Of a stretch of 64,000 nucleotides of DNA, positions 29,202-38,300 are shown one piece after another; position 1 is the first letter of the stretch, and each line of letters opens with the position of its first letter. Source of the stretch: an uncultured Fibrobacteria bacterium (GTDB lineage: Bacteria > Fibrobacterota > Fibrobacteria > UBA11236); contig OY970309.1 of the NCBI GenBank assembly GCA_963716395.1, positions 832,001 through 896,000 on the forward strand, written 5' to 3'. The position numbers and the translations under genes are program-made. A model generated the notes under the pieces. The model was not told where the DNA came from. It did no database searches and worked only from the letters and a program-made list of their open reading frames with translations.

Positions 29202-29710
29202 AAGTCACTTGCATTCTCGCGTGCTTGGGAATCGCTTTGGCAACTATGAATTCTGCACAGGCAGATCAACACTCAACTAAAGTAGCTCCAAAGGGAGAAA
29301 CGTTTGTCGAAACAACTGCTGGAAAGTCGACAGTGCAAGTGAAGCTTAAGACACATGAAGTGCAAATCGGGAGACAAAGTGATCCTCGTCCGACTGTAAT
29401 CGAATCGAACTGCACTTACAGCAGGTACCCGTGCAGCATTGTCGATCAGGTCGACATCACGGTGGATGGTAACCCGCTCTTTGTTCAGCGATCAATATTC
29501 GCTGACCTAGCCGACTTAAATAAAGCGGAGATAAGAATAGGGGGAAAGGGGCGGGGCCTCACGCTTTATGGCGGTGATGCTTCGGAGAGCTATATCGTCA
29601 AGATCGCCTTTGATTCCACACAGATAAAGAGCCGAACCGTTTCCAGCGGTATTTCACCGGGTCACGTTTTACAAGAAACGATTTACCATCAAGATGTTGT
29701 TGGAGAGTAA
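29198..29710 (+). CDS. Putative exported immunity protein 4
   Basis: Signal peptide ending AQA; ATGA overlap with the ancestral toxin stop. Confidence 0.75.
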   Translation: MKVTCILACLGIALATMNSAQADQHSTKVAPKGETFVETTAGKSTVQVKLKTHEVQIGRQSDPRPTVIESNCTYSRYPCSIVDQVDITVDGNPLFVQRSIFADLADLNKAEIRIGGKGRGLTLYGGDASESYIVKIAFDSTQIKSRTVSSGISPGHVLQETIYHQDVVGE

Positions 29711-29720
29711 TTTCTGGCAA

Positions 29721-29910
29721 TATGGCAGCAAGGGTAATGTTCCGGATTTGATGATAAAAGGCGGGGTTATTTGCCAGATTATTTCAGACGCTGAGACAGT
29801 AATCCCGAGCGCGTTTTGATCGGGTGGCAGGAAGGTCGTTTTGAAGTGGTGGCCAGCCCGAGCATCGTCTGGGAATATGCGGCAGTAGGCAGGTGGATTT
29901 CCAAGCATCC
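29721..29910 (+). pseudogene. Degraded RHS core remnants
   Basis: Translates to [23 protein letters not shown] and EYAAVGRWISKHP, matching core [23 protein letters not shown] and [14 protein letters not shown]. Confidence 0.75.
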
Positions 29911-29942
29911 CAACTGATGTAGAAATGCCAATACGAAAAAGG

Positions 29943-30302
29943 CTAGATGAACCGGTCCGCCGAGACTTTGAAAAGGTGGCCGAGATCCTTGGCCACGCCC
30001 TTGCTGATGGCACGCTGGTTGTTCTCGAAGTCGGAGACGCGGGCGGCCTTCACACCGCCGAGCTTCTCGCCGAGTTCAGCCTGCGACCATCCATGCGCTT
30101 CGCGCAGGTGCCTAACCCAAAGCCCCGCCTTCATGGTCGCCGAAACCTGCTTGTGCAGTTCAGTCTCGAAATATTCCACCGCCACATCTTCCTCCTTGAG
30201 GAGATAAGGGGCATAACGCCGCCGCACGTCCTGCAGGACACGGCGAGGGGTGCCGGAACGGAAGTGAAGATCAATAGAGCGCGTCTTTGTGGCTACCGAC
30301 AT
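29943..30302 (-). CDS. XRE-family HTH antitoxin (HigA-like)
   Basis: LREAHGWSQAELGEKLG..VSDFENNQRAIS; downstream of RelE-like toxin. Confidence 0.85.
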   Translation of the reverse strand: MSVATKTRSIDLHFRSGTPRRVLQDVRRRYAPYLLKEEDVAVEYFETELHKQVSATMKAGLWVRHLREAHGWSQAELGEKLGGVKAARVSDFENNQRAISKGVAKDLGHLFKVSADRFI

Positions 30303-30552
30303 AATACACCTCGATGGCGATGATCTCTTTCTGATGCTCCCAGCAGGCCACGTAGCCGTGGCTTCGCGCCAGGTGGCAGTGATACTTGTTCTTCCGGCCT
30401 TTCAGCTTGCCGAAGTTCGTCCAGCCGTTCGGGCCTGTAGGGCCGCTGGTTCTAAGCACTCCCGCCAGAGCCTCGAACCGCTGTTGAACCTCCAGGGGCA
30501 TCTTGGAAAGGCTTTTAAGGGCCGAGTTCCTGATAGTGACCCGGTACTCCAC
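30271..30552 (-). CDS. RelE/HigB-like type II toxin (probable leaderless GTG start)
   Basis: 93-aa basic protein YRVTIRNSALKSL..KLKG..YHCHL..EVYYVGSH; toxin-first gene order. Confidence 0.8.
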   Translation of the reverse strand: MEYRVTIRNSALKSLSKMPLEVQQRFEALAGVLRTSGPTGPNGWTNFGKLKGRKNKYHCHLARSHGYVACWEHQKEIIAIEVYYVGSHKDALY

Positions 30553-30559
30553 CAAAAGC

Positions 30560-30588
30560 AGTATACCCCATATCGGGGTATATGTCAA
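30560..30588 (-). promoter_or_regulatory. sigma70 promoter with overlapping operator palindrome for the TA operon
   Basis: Minus strand TTGACA-N17-TATACT; inverted repeat TATACCCC-ATATC-GGGGTATA at 30562-30582. Confidence 0.85.
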
Positions 30589-30967
30589 ACGAAGCCTCGA
30601 AAAGCGAAGGATAGCGCAGACGGCCCGGGATTAGCCCACCGGAGGCGGACGTAGCCGAAGCCGGGCGGTTGACAGCATGCTGTTACCTATAGAGGCCACC
30701 TTTAAAATATATCGAATATGTCGATCTCTAAATCAGAGTAACATGCTTTGACGGGTTTTGGATCAAGGAAGCTTTGAGATGGAAGAAGTAGAGGCCGACG
30801 ACTTGTTCACAGGAGCGCATCTCCTTAGCCGGGTCGGGCGGCGGCTGCGTACCGAGCTTTCCGCCCGCGATCACGTGACCTCGGTTGCGACCTGAATCAA
30901 ACCCGCATCAAGATCTCGCTATTTGATCGAATTTCTCGCACGGGCCGCCAAGCCACTCCTCTCCCCA

Positions 30968-31909
30968 TCACCCGCCGAACCCGATACTCCGGGTTTTCAG
31001 GATGCGCTCGGAAATCGCGTTCTCAGGCAAAGTCCGGGACGGCGGGAGCGAGCGCGTGGGCAACAGCGCGTCGACCAAATCATTCGGCGACGCCATGCCG
31101 AGCAAGCCGCTGATCTGGGCGGCACTTTCTGTTCCGACCCAATACGAACCGTGGCCGTATTGCAACGACGTCATATCTTTGCCGCCATTCCATACGCCCG
31201 CGGGGCCTCCGGTGCGGCCCACCGCCGTGGCCAAGCCTTCGCCCGCCAGCAATTCGCCGGGCGGAAAGGCGTAATGCAACACATCGTCGGCGCGCGAATG
31301 CAACACCAGCCGATCGGGCAAGGCCACCGAAGTTGGAAACAGCCACCGATCGGACGGCACATCGGAGTCGCGTTGCGGATGCTCCAGCCCTTCGGGCACG
31401 GCAGCCGCCATCAGGCAAATCGCCTTGATCACCGCCGATCCGCGCTTGGCGGCCACCGAGGTGGGAAAGGCTTTGACGCATTCGAGCGCCACGCGGCAAC
31501 CGAGGGAATGGGCGATGAGCACGATTTCCAGGGGCATGGATGCGGGGCCGGAAAAGACCGCCAAGTAATCGGCCAACAGTTTTCCCGTGGCCTCGGCCTT
31601 GGGCACCTGAAAGGGATAGGCCAAGGGCGAAAGCGGACTGTTCACGTCGCCGGGCCAGAGGAATCCCACCATGCCGTTGAGCGGCGCGGGAAAGCCCCAG
31701 ATGGCGATCAGGTTTTGGCACAGGTGCTGGTAGGCGGCTTTGCCGCCGGGTTCGTCCACATTGAACCCGTGGATTAAAATCACCACCCGGCATTTTCCCT
31801 GCAGGCTGAAATTGCCGAGCCCGGCCTCGCTCACGGCGGAAGCCAAGCCGCCGCCCTCGGCCTGCTGACGGCTGTTTAAAAGCGGGAGATCGTATTCCGC
31901 GTCGGCCAT
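30968..31909 (-). CDS. Alpha/beta hydrolase (DUF900-like)
   Basis: LIHGFNV, FLWPG, nucleophile elbow IAHSLG, LMAAAV, HSRADDVL, HGSY. Confidence 0.8.
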   Translation of the reverse strand: MADAEYDLPLLNSRQQAEGGGLASAVSEAGLGNFSLQGKCRVVILIHGFNVDEPGGKAAYQHLCQNLIAIWGFPAPLNGMVGFLWPGDVNSPLSPLAYPFQVPKAEATGKLLADYLAVFSGPASMPLEIVLIAHSLGCRVALECVKAFPTSVAAKRGSAVIKAICLMAAAVPEGLEHPQRDSDVPSDRWLFPTSVALPDRLVLHSRADDVLHYAFPPGELLAGEGLATAVGRTGGPAGVWNGGKDMTSLQYGHGSYWVGTESAAQISGLLGMASPNDLVDALLPTRSLPPSRTLPENAISERILKTRSIGFGG

Positions 31910-31921
31910 GCGTTCTTTCTT

Positions 31922-32743
31922 TCAATCCCGCAGCGCCTGCACGGCGGCGATGACGTCCCGCGCCACCGGAGCCAGAAATCCGCTCAAGACCGCGATTAAA
32001 ATCGCCATGAAAAAGCGTCCGAGGCCGTGGACCTCTCCGTGTTTCCACAGCAGGATCAGTCCCGCGAAGCTGATCATAAAGCTGAGGGCCAGCGCGAGCA
32101 GCTTCATCCACCATTGCCAGCGGTAGCCGGATTCGATTTGAAAGGCGTCGACATTGCGCTGAATCATGTGGGTGACACGGTTGCGCGCTTCCAGCAGCGC
32201 TTTGCCCTCCTCGGTCAAGGCGCCGGCGGCGTCATGCAGCTTCTGGCCCGTAACATGCTGGAGCAGCAGTTCGACGTCCTGGTCGTCGGCCTTGGCCGCC
32301 AGGCATTGAAACAGTTCGGGATAGCGCCAGGGTCCGTCGAGCGTCACCTGCACCGCGGCGTTGATCTGTCCGCATAATTGTTCGGTTTCGAGATCATACA
32401 GCGCGCCCGCATCGCCCGCCGTGGCCAGCAGTATCAAATCCTGTTCGGCTTTGCGGTAGCGCTCTTCGGGATCGGCCGGCGCCTCGCCGCGCTTGACATG
32501 CTGGCGGGCGTTCTTGGCGGCCTGGGTCAGGGCCGGGGCCATGGTTTCGGCGCGGATTTGTTTCAATATCCATTGCCGCAGCGCGAAGCGCTGGAAGGTG
32601 CTTTTCAAGGGCAGCAAGTCCTTGAGCATTTGGATCAGCGCCATGCTCAGCACGCCGATGGACGACACGGCCGTCAGGTAGGCGAGATAATGTGACTGGA
32701 TGGAAGCAAATAAATCGTTCATGGCGTCGGTGAATGGATCCAT
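31922..32743 (-). CDS. Hypothetical membrane protein (1 N-terminal and 2 C-terminal TMs)
   Basis: ATG 32743 with GGAG RBS; ends 12 nt before the hydrolase gene. Confidence 0.75.
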   Translation of the reverse strand: MDPFTDAMNDLFASIQSHYLAYLTAVSSIGVLSMALIQMLKDLLPLKSTFQRFALRQWILKQIRAETMAPALTQAAKNARQHVKRGEAPADPEERYRKAEQDLILLATAGDAGALYDLETEQLCGQINAAVQVTLDGPWRYPELFQCLAAKADDQDVELLLQHVTGQKLHDAAGALTEEGKALLEARNRVTHMIQRNVDAFQIESGYRWQWWMKLLALALSFMISFAGLILLWKHGEVHGLGRFFMAILIAVLSGFLAPVARDVIAAVQALRD

Positions 32744-32911
32744 GGATCTCCTCCGAAGGCGAAAAGGGGGAAGTATCGAAAACCGGAAATAATAGTTGTA
32801 ATACCCGGGATCATTGGGATCCGCGAAAATATTTCCGTCCGTGCCGTAAATCACGCATTAATATGCCATGAAATTTGGTGGAAGACGGCATCCGGGGCGC
32901 CGCCCCCCCGG

Positions 32912-33649
32912 CTATTCCGGGCCGGAGACGGCAAACTGGTTGCGGATTTCCTGCGGAACGTGATCCGCCCACCAGGAAAAATCATGCTCACCGTCGGGCT
33001 CAAGGTGCAAAGTCACCTTGGGGTTGACTTGATGCCACTGGCGCAGCAGCGGAAAAACGATTTGCGCCGGAAACAGGCGGTCGTGCCCGCCCTGAAACAC
33101 GTCCCAACGCGTGGTGGTGTATTCGGGCCGGGTAAACAATTCGTTTTCCGGCACGGCCAGCGGCGGAAAGCAGGAAAACAGCACGAAATGCACGGGTTTG
33201 TATTTCCCGACTTCGGCGTAATGTAGGGCGCCCAGGCAGCCGTCGGAAACGCCGACCAGGATCAAATCGCGCAGCCGCGCCTTGGGATAATGCAGCGCGA
33301 TATAGTCGAGCAGGGCGTCGATATGGGCCACGCCCGGCGGCGTCAGCCAGTCTTGACCCGCGAATGCCGAAGGGCTGCACAGGTAATACGCGCCCGGCGG
33401 GGCGTACGTCAGCAGCGGCAGAAGCGCGGTCCAGCCCTTGGTGGTTTTGTCGGAACGCATGCCGCCATGCAGCCAGAGAATCACGGCCTGATGGCCGGGA
33501 CGTTTGGGCAAGGTGAGTCCGCAGGCATTGCTGTCGGGTCCGATGCGTAACCGCAAGGTTTCCGACCATCCGGGTTGCGTCGCCGCGGTGGAGAGAGCCG
33601 CCGCCAACAACAGCCAGGCCGCGGATGCGCGGGCGAATCGAAAACACAT
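32912..33649 (-). CDS. Exported alpha/beta hydrolase (esterase-like)
   Basis: Signal peptide; LWLHGG, GVSDG, GGHD, GEHD. Confidence 0.8.
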   Translation of the reverse strand: MCFRFARASAAWLLLAAALSTAATQPGWSETLRLRIGPDSNACGLTLPKRPGHQAVILWLHGGMRSDKTTKGWTALLPLLTYAPPGAYYLCSPSAFAGQDWLTPPGVAHIDALLDYIALHYPKARLRDLILVGVSDGCLGALHYAEVGKYKPVHFVLFSCFPPLAVPENELFTRPEYTTTRWDVFQGGHDRLFPAQIVFPLLRQWHQVNPKVTLHLEPDGEHDFSWWADHVPQEIRNQFAVSGPE

Positions 33650-33679
33650 TCCTAGGAAGCTAGCAAAGCGCTATAAATA

Positions 33680-33703
33680 AGGCCGGGGCGCAAGCCCCGG
33701 CCT
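33680..33703 (-). terminator. Intrinsic terminator after lipoprotein gene
   Basis: AGGCCGGGGC-GCAA-GCCCCGGCCT hairpin; U-rich tail on minus strand. Confidence 0.8.
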
Positions 33704-33723
33704 GATGCTACGTGGTGCGCTGG

Positions 33724-35091
33724 TCAAGGGTTGGTAACCACCTGGCCGCTTGGGTTGTAGGTCACGTTCACCGTGTTGCCATTGGGATCGGTATAGGTGG
33801 CCTGATATCCCGAAGGCGAGAAGCTGCCGGCCAAGGTCGCGGTTTGGCCATTGGCATAGGTGGCCGCGGCCGAAAAGTTACCCGCGGTCGGGTTCTGTCC
33901 GAACGGCACCGGCGTGGCGGAAGTGAAATGGAATTCCGCCGCGCGTTCCCATCCCAGGCGTTTCTGGGTCGTGACGTTGAGGCCGTAGAAGACGTTGTCG
34001 GAATCGCTGTTCAAGTCGGAGCCGGGGTTGAACACCACTTCGACTTGCGCCGCTTGCAAGGTGTCGTTCTGGTTGGAAACCTGGGTGGTCAGGAAAAGAT
34101 GGGTGGTATCGTCGGCAATGAGCGAGTCGCCGCCTTGCGAGTTACGCACATACGCCTGATTGATGCGGCCATTGCTCAGGTATTGGGTGTACGTGAAGGT
34201 AATGGGCACCGTGGGTTGGGCATAGCCCGGCGCCAACACGCGGGCAGTGGCGGATTCCGAATCCACTCCCGGCGCGGGTTTTAACTGCCAGTATTTCACG
34301 GTGACGATGGAAACCCCGTCGTTGTTGACGACCACGCCGTCGCCGTCGGCGTCGAGAAACTCGGCCGTGGCCTGCACTTGGCCGTTGACGGTGCGCGACC
34401 ACGCCGCCTTGTCGATGAGGTTATCGGCCTGATGCAACGAATCGTAATTGCCGTCGGGACCGGGATCGACCGCCAGATCCGCGGCCTCGATCACGTCTTG
34501 CCCCAGCACCGACTGCTCCGAGGTGAGCTTGATCTCGACGCGGTTGGGGCGGCCCGGCACGTAATTCACCAGGCCGTCGCCGTCGGCGTCGCGCACTTCG
34601 GTGCGAAACGTGGCCAGGGGGCCGGTTACGGTTTCCGACAGGCGCAAGATGTTTTCGTTGCCGGCGATGGTGTCTTGGGCCTGAGCATCCCAACGCACCA
34701 CGATGGTGTCATAGGTGGTTTGCAGCAAGGTGGGCTGGTTCTTTTTCGTGATGCAGACCGTAACGTAACCGGCGGGAATGGTGCTCGTGTCGGTGTAGGT
34801 GACCGTGTCGCCCACGGCCGCCGGCTTACCCAAGGCCGCGGGCTTGGCCAAGGCATTCCCCGCCGAAGGCGTCGGAAGCGCGGCGGTGGGAAGGGAAACG
34901 GCGGCCGCGGGATTGGCCGAAGTTTGCTGCCAGGCGCCGAGATAGGCCGCGCCGGCGTTCAAGCTTTGGCCCAAGGCGGCGGGATCGATGGCACCCGTAA
35001 CCGCGGGGGTATCGTTGTTGTTGTTGTCGGTCATGCACGCCCCGAAAATGCAGGCGAGGGCGGCGGCGGCGAGACGGAGTGAGAGACGCAT
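33724..35091 (-). CDS. Lipoprotein with DxDGDG motifs (paralog of 43715..45028)
   Basis: AAAGGAG RBS; MRLSLRLAAAALACIFGA-C lipobox; DADGDG twice. Confidence 0.82.
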   Translation of the reverse strand: MRLSLRLAAAALACIFGACMTDNNNNDTPAVTGAIDPAALGQSLNAGAAYLGAWQQTSANPAAAVSLPTAALPTPSAGNALAKPAALGKPAAVGDTVTYTDTSTIPAGYVTVCITKKNQPTLLQTTYDTIVVRWDAQAQDTIAGNENILRLSETVTGPLATFRTEVRDADGDGLVNYVPGRPNRVEIKLTSEQSVLGQDVIEAADLAVDPGPDGNYDSLHQADNLIDKAAWSRTVNGQVQATAEFLDADGDGVVVNNDGVSIVTVKYWQLKPAPGVDSESATARVLAPGYAQPTVPITFTYTQYLSNGRINQAYVRNSQGGDSLIADDTTHLFLTTQVSNQNDTLQAAQVEVVFNPGSDLNSDSDNVFYGLNVTTQKRLGWERAAEFHFTSATPVPFGQNPTAGNFSAAATYANGQTATLAGSFSPSGYQATYTDPNGNTVNVTYNPSGQVVTNP

Positions 35092-35354
35092 AGTGACTCC
35101 TTTGGAACGGAAAGTGGCGGCGTTCCTGTCGGTAAAGCTACCACCGCTCACACCGGATGTAAAAGTATTTTCATATATATGATTACAAATAATGCGCATT
35201 AAATCCCTATTTATTGTGTTTTATGGCTGATTTTCAATCCAAAATTTGTATTTAAAGACATAATAATGATTACGTTTCGTGTTTTTTCGCCACTGGCAAA
35301 ACCGCTTGCCTGGCTGCCGGGCCGAAAACCGGCTTTCGCTCTGAAGGCGGAGTT

Positions 35355-38300
35355 TCAAAAGCCTTGCGGCACTTTTTCGGGATCGCCGCCCAAAGCTTTG
35401 TAATGGGCGAAATGCGAGGCCGCATCTTTGGAGTCGTTGGTTTTGGCGGCCGCGATACCGGCGTAATACCAGGCCATGGGATCATCCGGGCACACCTGGC
35501 GCGCTTGATCGCTGCTTTGGGCCAGGGCCTGCACGTCGCCCCGCTCCAACTGAATCTGATTGGCTTCGCGCTGCAAATCACAAGACCCGGGATTTTTACG
35601 CAAGGCGTCTTGCACATAATCCAGCGCGTCTTTTTCCTGCGATCGCGCCACCATGGTTTCGCTCAAAGCCGCGATGCCGTCGGGAAAGTCGCTGTTGATC
35701 TCCAGCGCCCGTTGTGCGTAGACCTCTGCGTCTTCGATTTGTTTGAGCCGCAGGCACAGGTGCGACAAATCGGCGAAGCCTTGGGCCGTCGGCGCCAGCG
35801 ACAACGACTGCACCCAATAATCCTTGGCATCGGCCTCATGGCCGGCGTGGCGCGCGACTTCGCCCAAGCCCCACAGGCCCAACGCCCGCGCATGCGGATC
35901 GGATTTCTCGCCCAGGGCGAAGAAAACGGTGCGCGCCTCTTCCGCACGATCCAATTGCAGATCGGCCATGCCTGTGCATTGAGTCGCAGCCCACAAAGTC
36001 GTGTCGAGCTGGGCCGCGTCGGAGCAGGCTTGCAACGCTTCGGCGCCCTGATGCCGTGCCAGCAGTACTTCACCCCGAAGCGCTTGGGCCCGGGCCTCGC
36101 GGGGATGGGCCGTCGCCATGCCTTGGGCCAGGGCCAGGGCTTTTTCCAGATCGTGTTGCAGCAAATCCAGATGCACTTGCTCCGCCGTCACTTCGGGATC
36201 ACCGGCGGTTTCGGGATGCGCGGCCAACAGGCGCTGGGCCGCGACCACGTTCTTTTGCGCCACGTCAATGCGCAATTCGGCCGCCACCGCTGCGCGTGCG
36301 GCACCTGCCGTTTCGGCCTTGCGGTAGGCGGCCAACGCTTTGTCGGGATCCGGAGTCGCGGCATAGGCATCGCCCAACAGTACCCAGCCGGCACCGCTGA
36401 GCTTCGCGCCTTGCGGTTCGAGCAAGTCGGCCGCGGCCTGATATTCCCCCAACCGCTCGTACACGCGCGCCAACCCTTCGTTGTAGGCCACCTGCGCCGG
36501 CGCCGCCTGCACCGCCAGCGCCCACATTTCTTCCGCCTGCCTCCAGTCGCGGCGGCGTTCCGCCAATTGGGCGCCGAAAGCCGCGGCGGCGGTATCGTTG
36601 GGGCTTTGCCGCAGCCATTCCTCCAGCACGGGCATGGCCTGATCCAAGGTGCCGGCCTGGCGATGCAAGCGCACCAGGTCGCCCACCACTTCCGGGCGCA
36701 GATCGCCGAGGTCATAGGCCTTGGTCAACGCCGTCAGGGCCACGTCGTTGCGATTCAGGGCCAGCAAAGCTTCTCCGTATTGCGCAAACACCGCCGCGTC
36801 GTTGGGGCGCAAGCTGGCGAGCCGGCGCAACAGACGCACGGCCTCGGCGTTTTGTCCTGCCGCCAGACGCAGCCCGGCCAAGCCGCCCAGAGCGTCGACG
36901 TTGTTCGAGTCGGTGCGGATCACGGCGGCATAGGCCGACGGTAAATCGGCGAGGCGGTTCAGGGTTTGCACGGCATCGAGATTATCCGCGGCCGCCACGG
37001 AATCCTCCGGGTTCAACGACAGCGCCTGCACGAAAGACGCATGTGCCGCTTCGGCATTCCCCAAGGCCGAGGCGCACAGGCCGAGATCGCGATAGCCCTC
37101 GGCGCGTACGGCCGCGGGCTCGGTGCTTTGCGCCAGACCTTTGCGCAACAGCGGTGCGGCGTCGGCAAAATCTTGGCTCTCTGCATCGGCCAACCCTACA
37201 TACAGACTGGCCTTGGGGTGACCGGGATCCCGTTGCAATAAGATGGCGTACCACTCGGCCGCCTTGGCGCGGTCGCCGGCTTTGAGCGCCGATTCGGCCA
37301 GGGTTTCGAGAGCGTTTTGCGCCGCGCGGGCGTAGGTTTTATCGCCCGGCTGCATGTCGGCGGCCGGGCCCAGATATTCCAGCGCGCGCTCATATTCGCC
37401 CTGGCGAACCAGGGCCGATCCCAGGGCAAATGACGCCGCGGCATTGTCGGGTTGCAAATCGGCCAAGGCCTGCAAGGCCCGCAATTGATTGGGAGCGTCG
37501 CCGAGTTTTTCCGCGGCCGTCAACAACCCCTGCCAGGCCGGCAGGTTGGCAGGCTGCGCTTCGGCCCACTTGCCATACCAATCGCGGGCATGCGGCCAAT
37601 CCTGAAGGTGGCCCGCGGTTTCGGCGGCGTCCGGCAGCATCTCGGCGTCCTCCGGATGTTGCGCCAGCCATTGCGCGTCGAAGGCCACGGCCTTAGGCGT
37701 GTTGCCCAGCGCCGATCCCAGGGCATGCGCGATGCGGGGATCGTTGGGAAAAACCTGGTTGCCCAATTCGAGCAATTCGGGCAAGGTCGACGCCGAAGTG
37801 GCCTGGGCGTAACTCCAACTTTTTTCCAGGGCATCGTGAAAAGCCGCGCGGGCCGCTTCGTCGCCGCTGCGGGCGACGTCGCGGCGATGGCGCAAGAAGT
37901 TGAGATAGCAGGTGTTGGCCGCACCCGCCTTGTTCTGGTAGGCGTACAGATCGGCCCGCAATTCCAGTAGATCGGGATCGGTGGCGCTGGCCGCCACCAG
38001 CTCGGGCTCAAAGGCCGCGAGTTTGGGCACTTCGTCGCGCCGGTAATATTCGCGCGCCAGAATCAGCTTGCCGCGCCGGAAGGCGGGATCGATTTTCACC
38101 GCGTGTTCCAACGGTTCCAGCGCGCCGGTTTGCAGATAATCGAGTTCGGCCAACTGGCAGATATGCGCGGCTTGCGGCTTGGGCAATTGCACCAAGTCCC
38201 GCAAGGCGGTTTCCAACGCGGCCGTGTCGCGCAGCGAATCGGCCAGCCGGCGCATCGACAGCAGCGGCGGGAGGTCGCGCGGATGGCGCGCCGTCCATTG

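Noticed and set aside
30620-30900. Imperfect long hairpin and 38-codon ORF (MEEVEADDLFT..) upstream of the TA operon
   Set aside because: Pairing is weak, no recognisable RNA family, and the peptide resemblance to GyrB is too short to trust
35294-35309. TGGCAAAACCGCTTGC as a sigma54 promoter
   Set aside because: GG-to-GC spacing is 11 rather than 10, and it faces away from the adjacent genes
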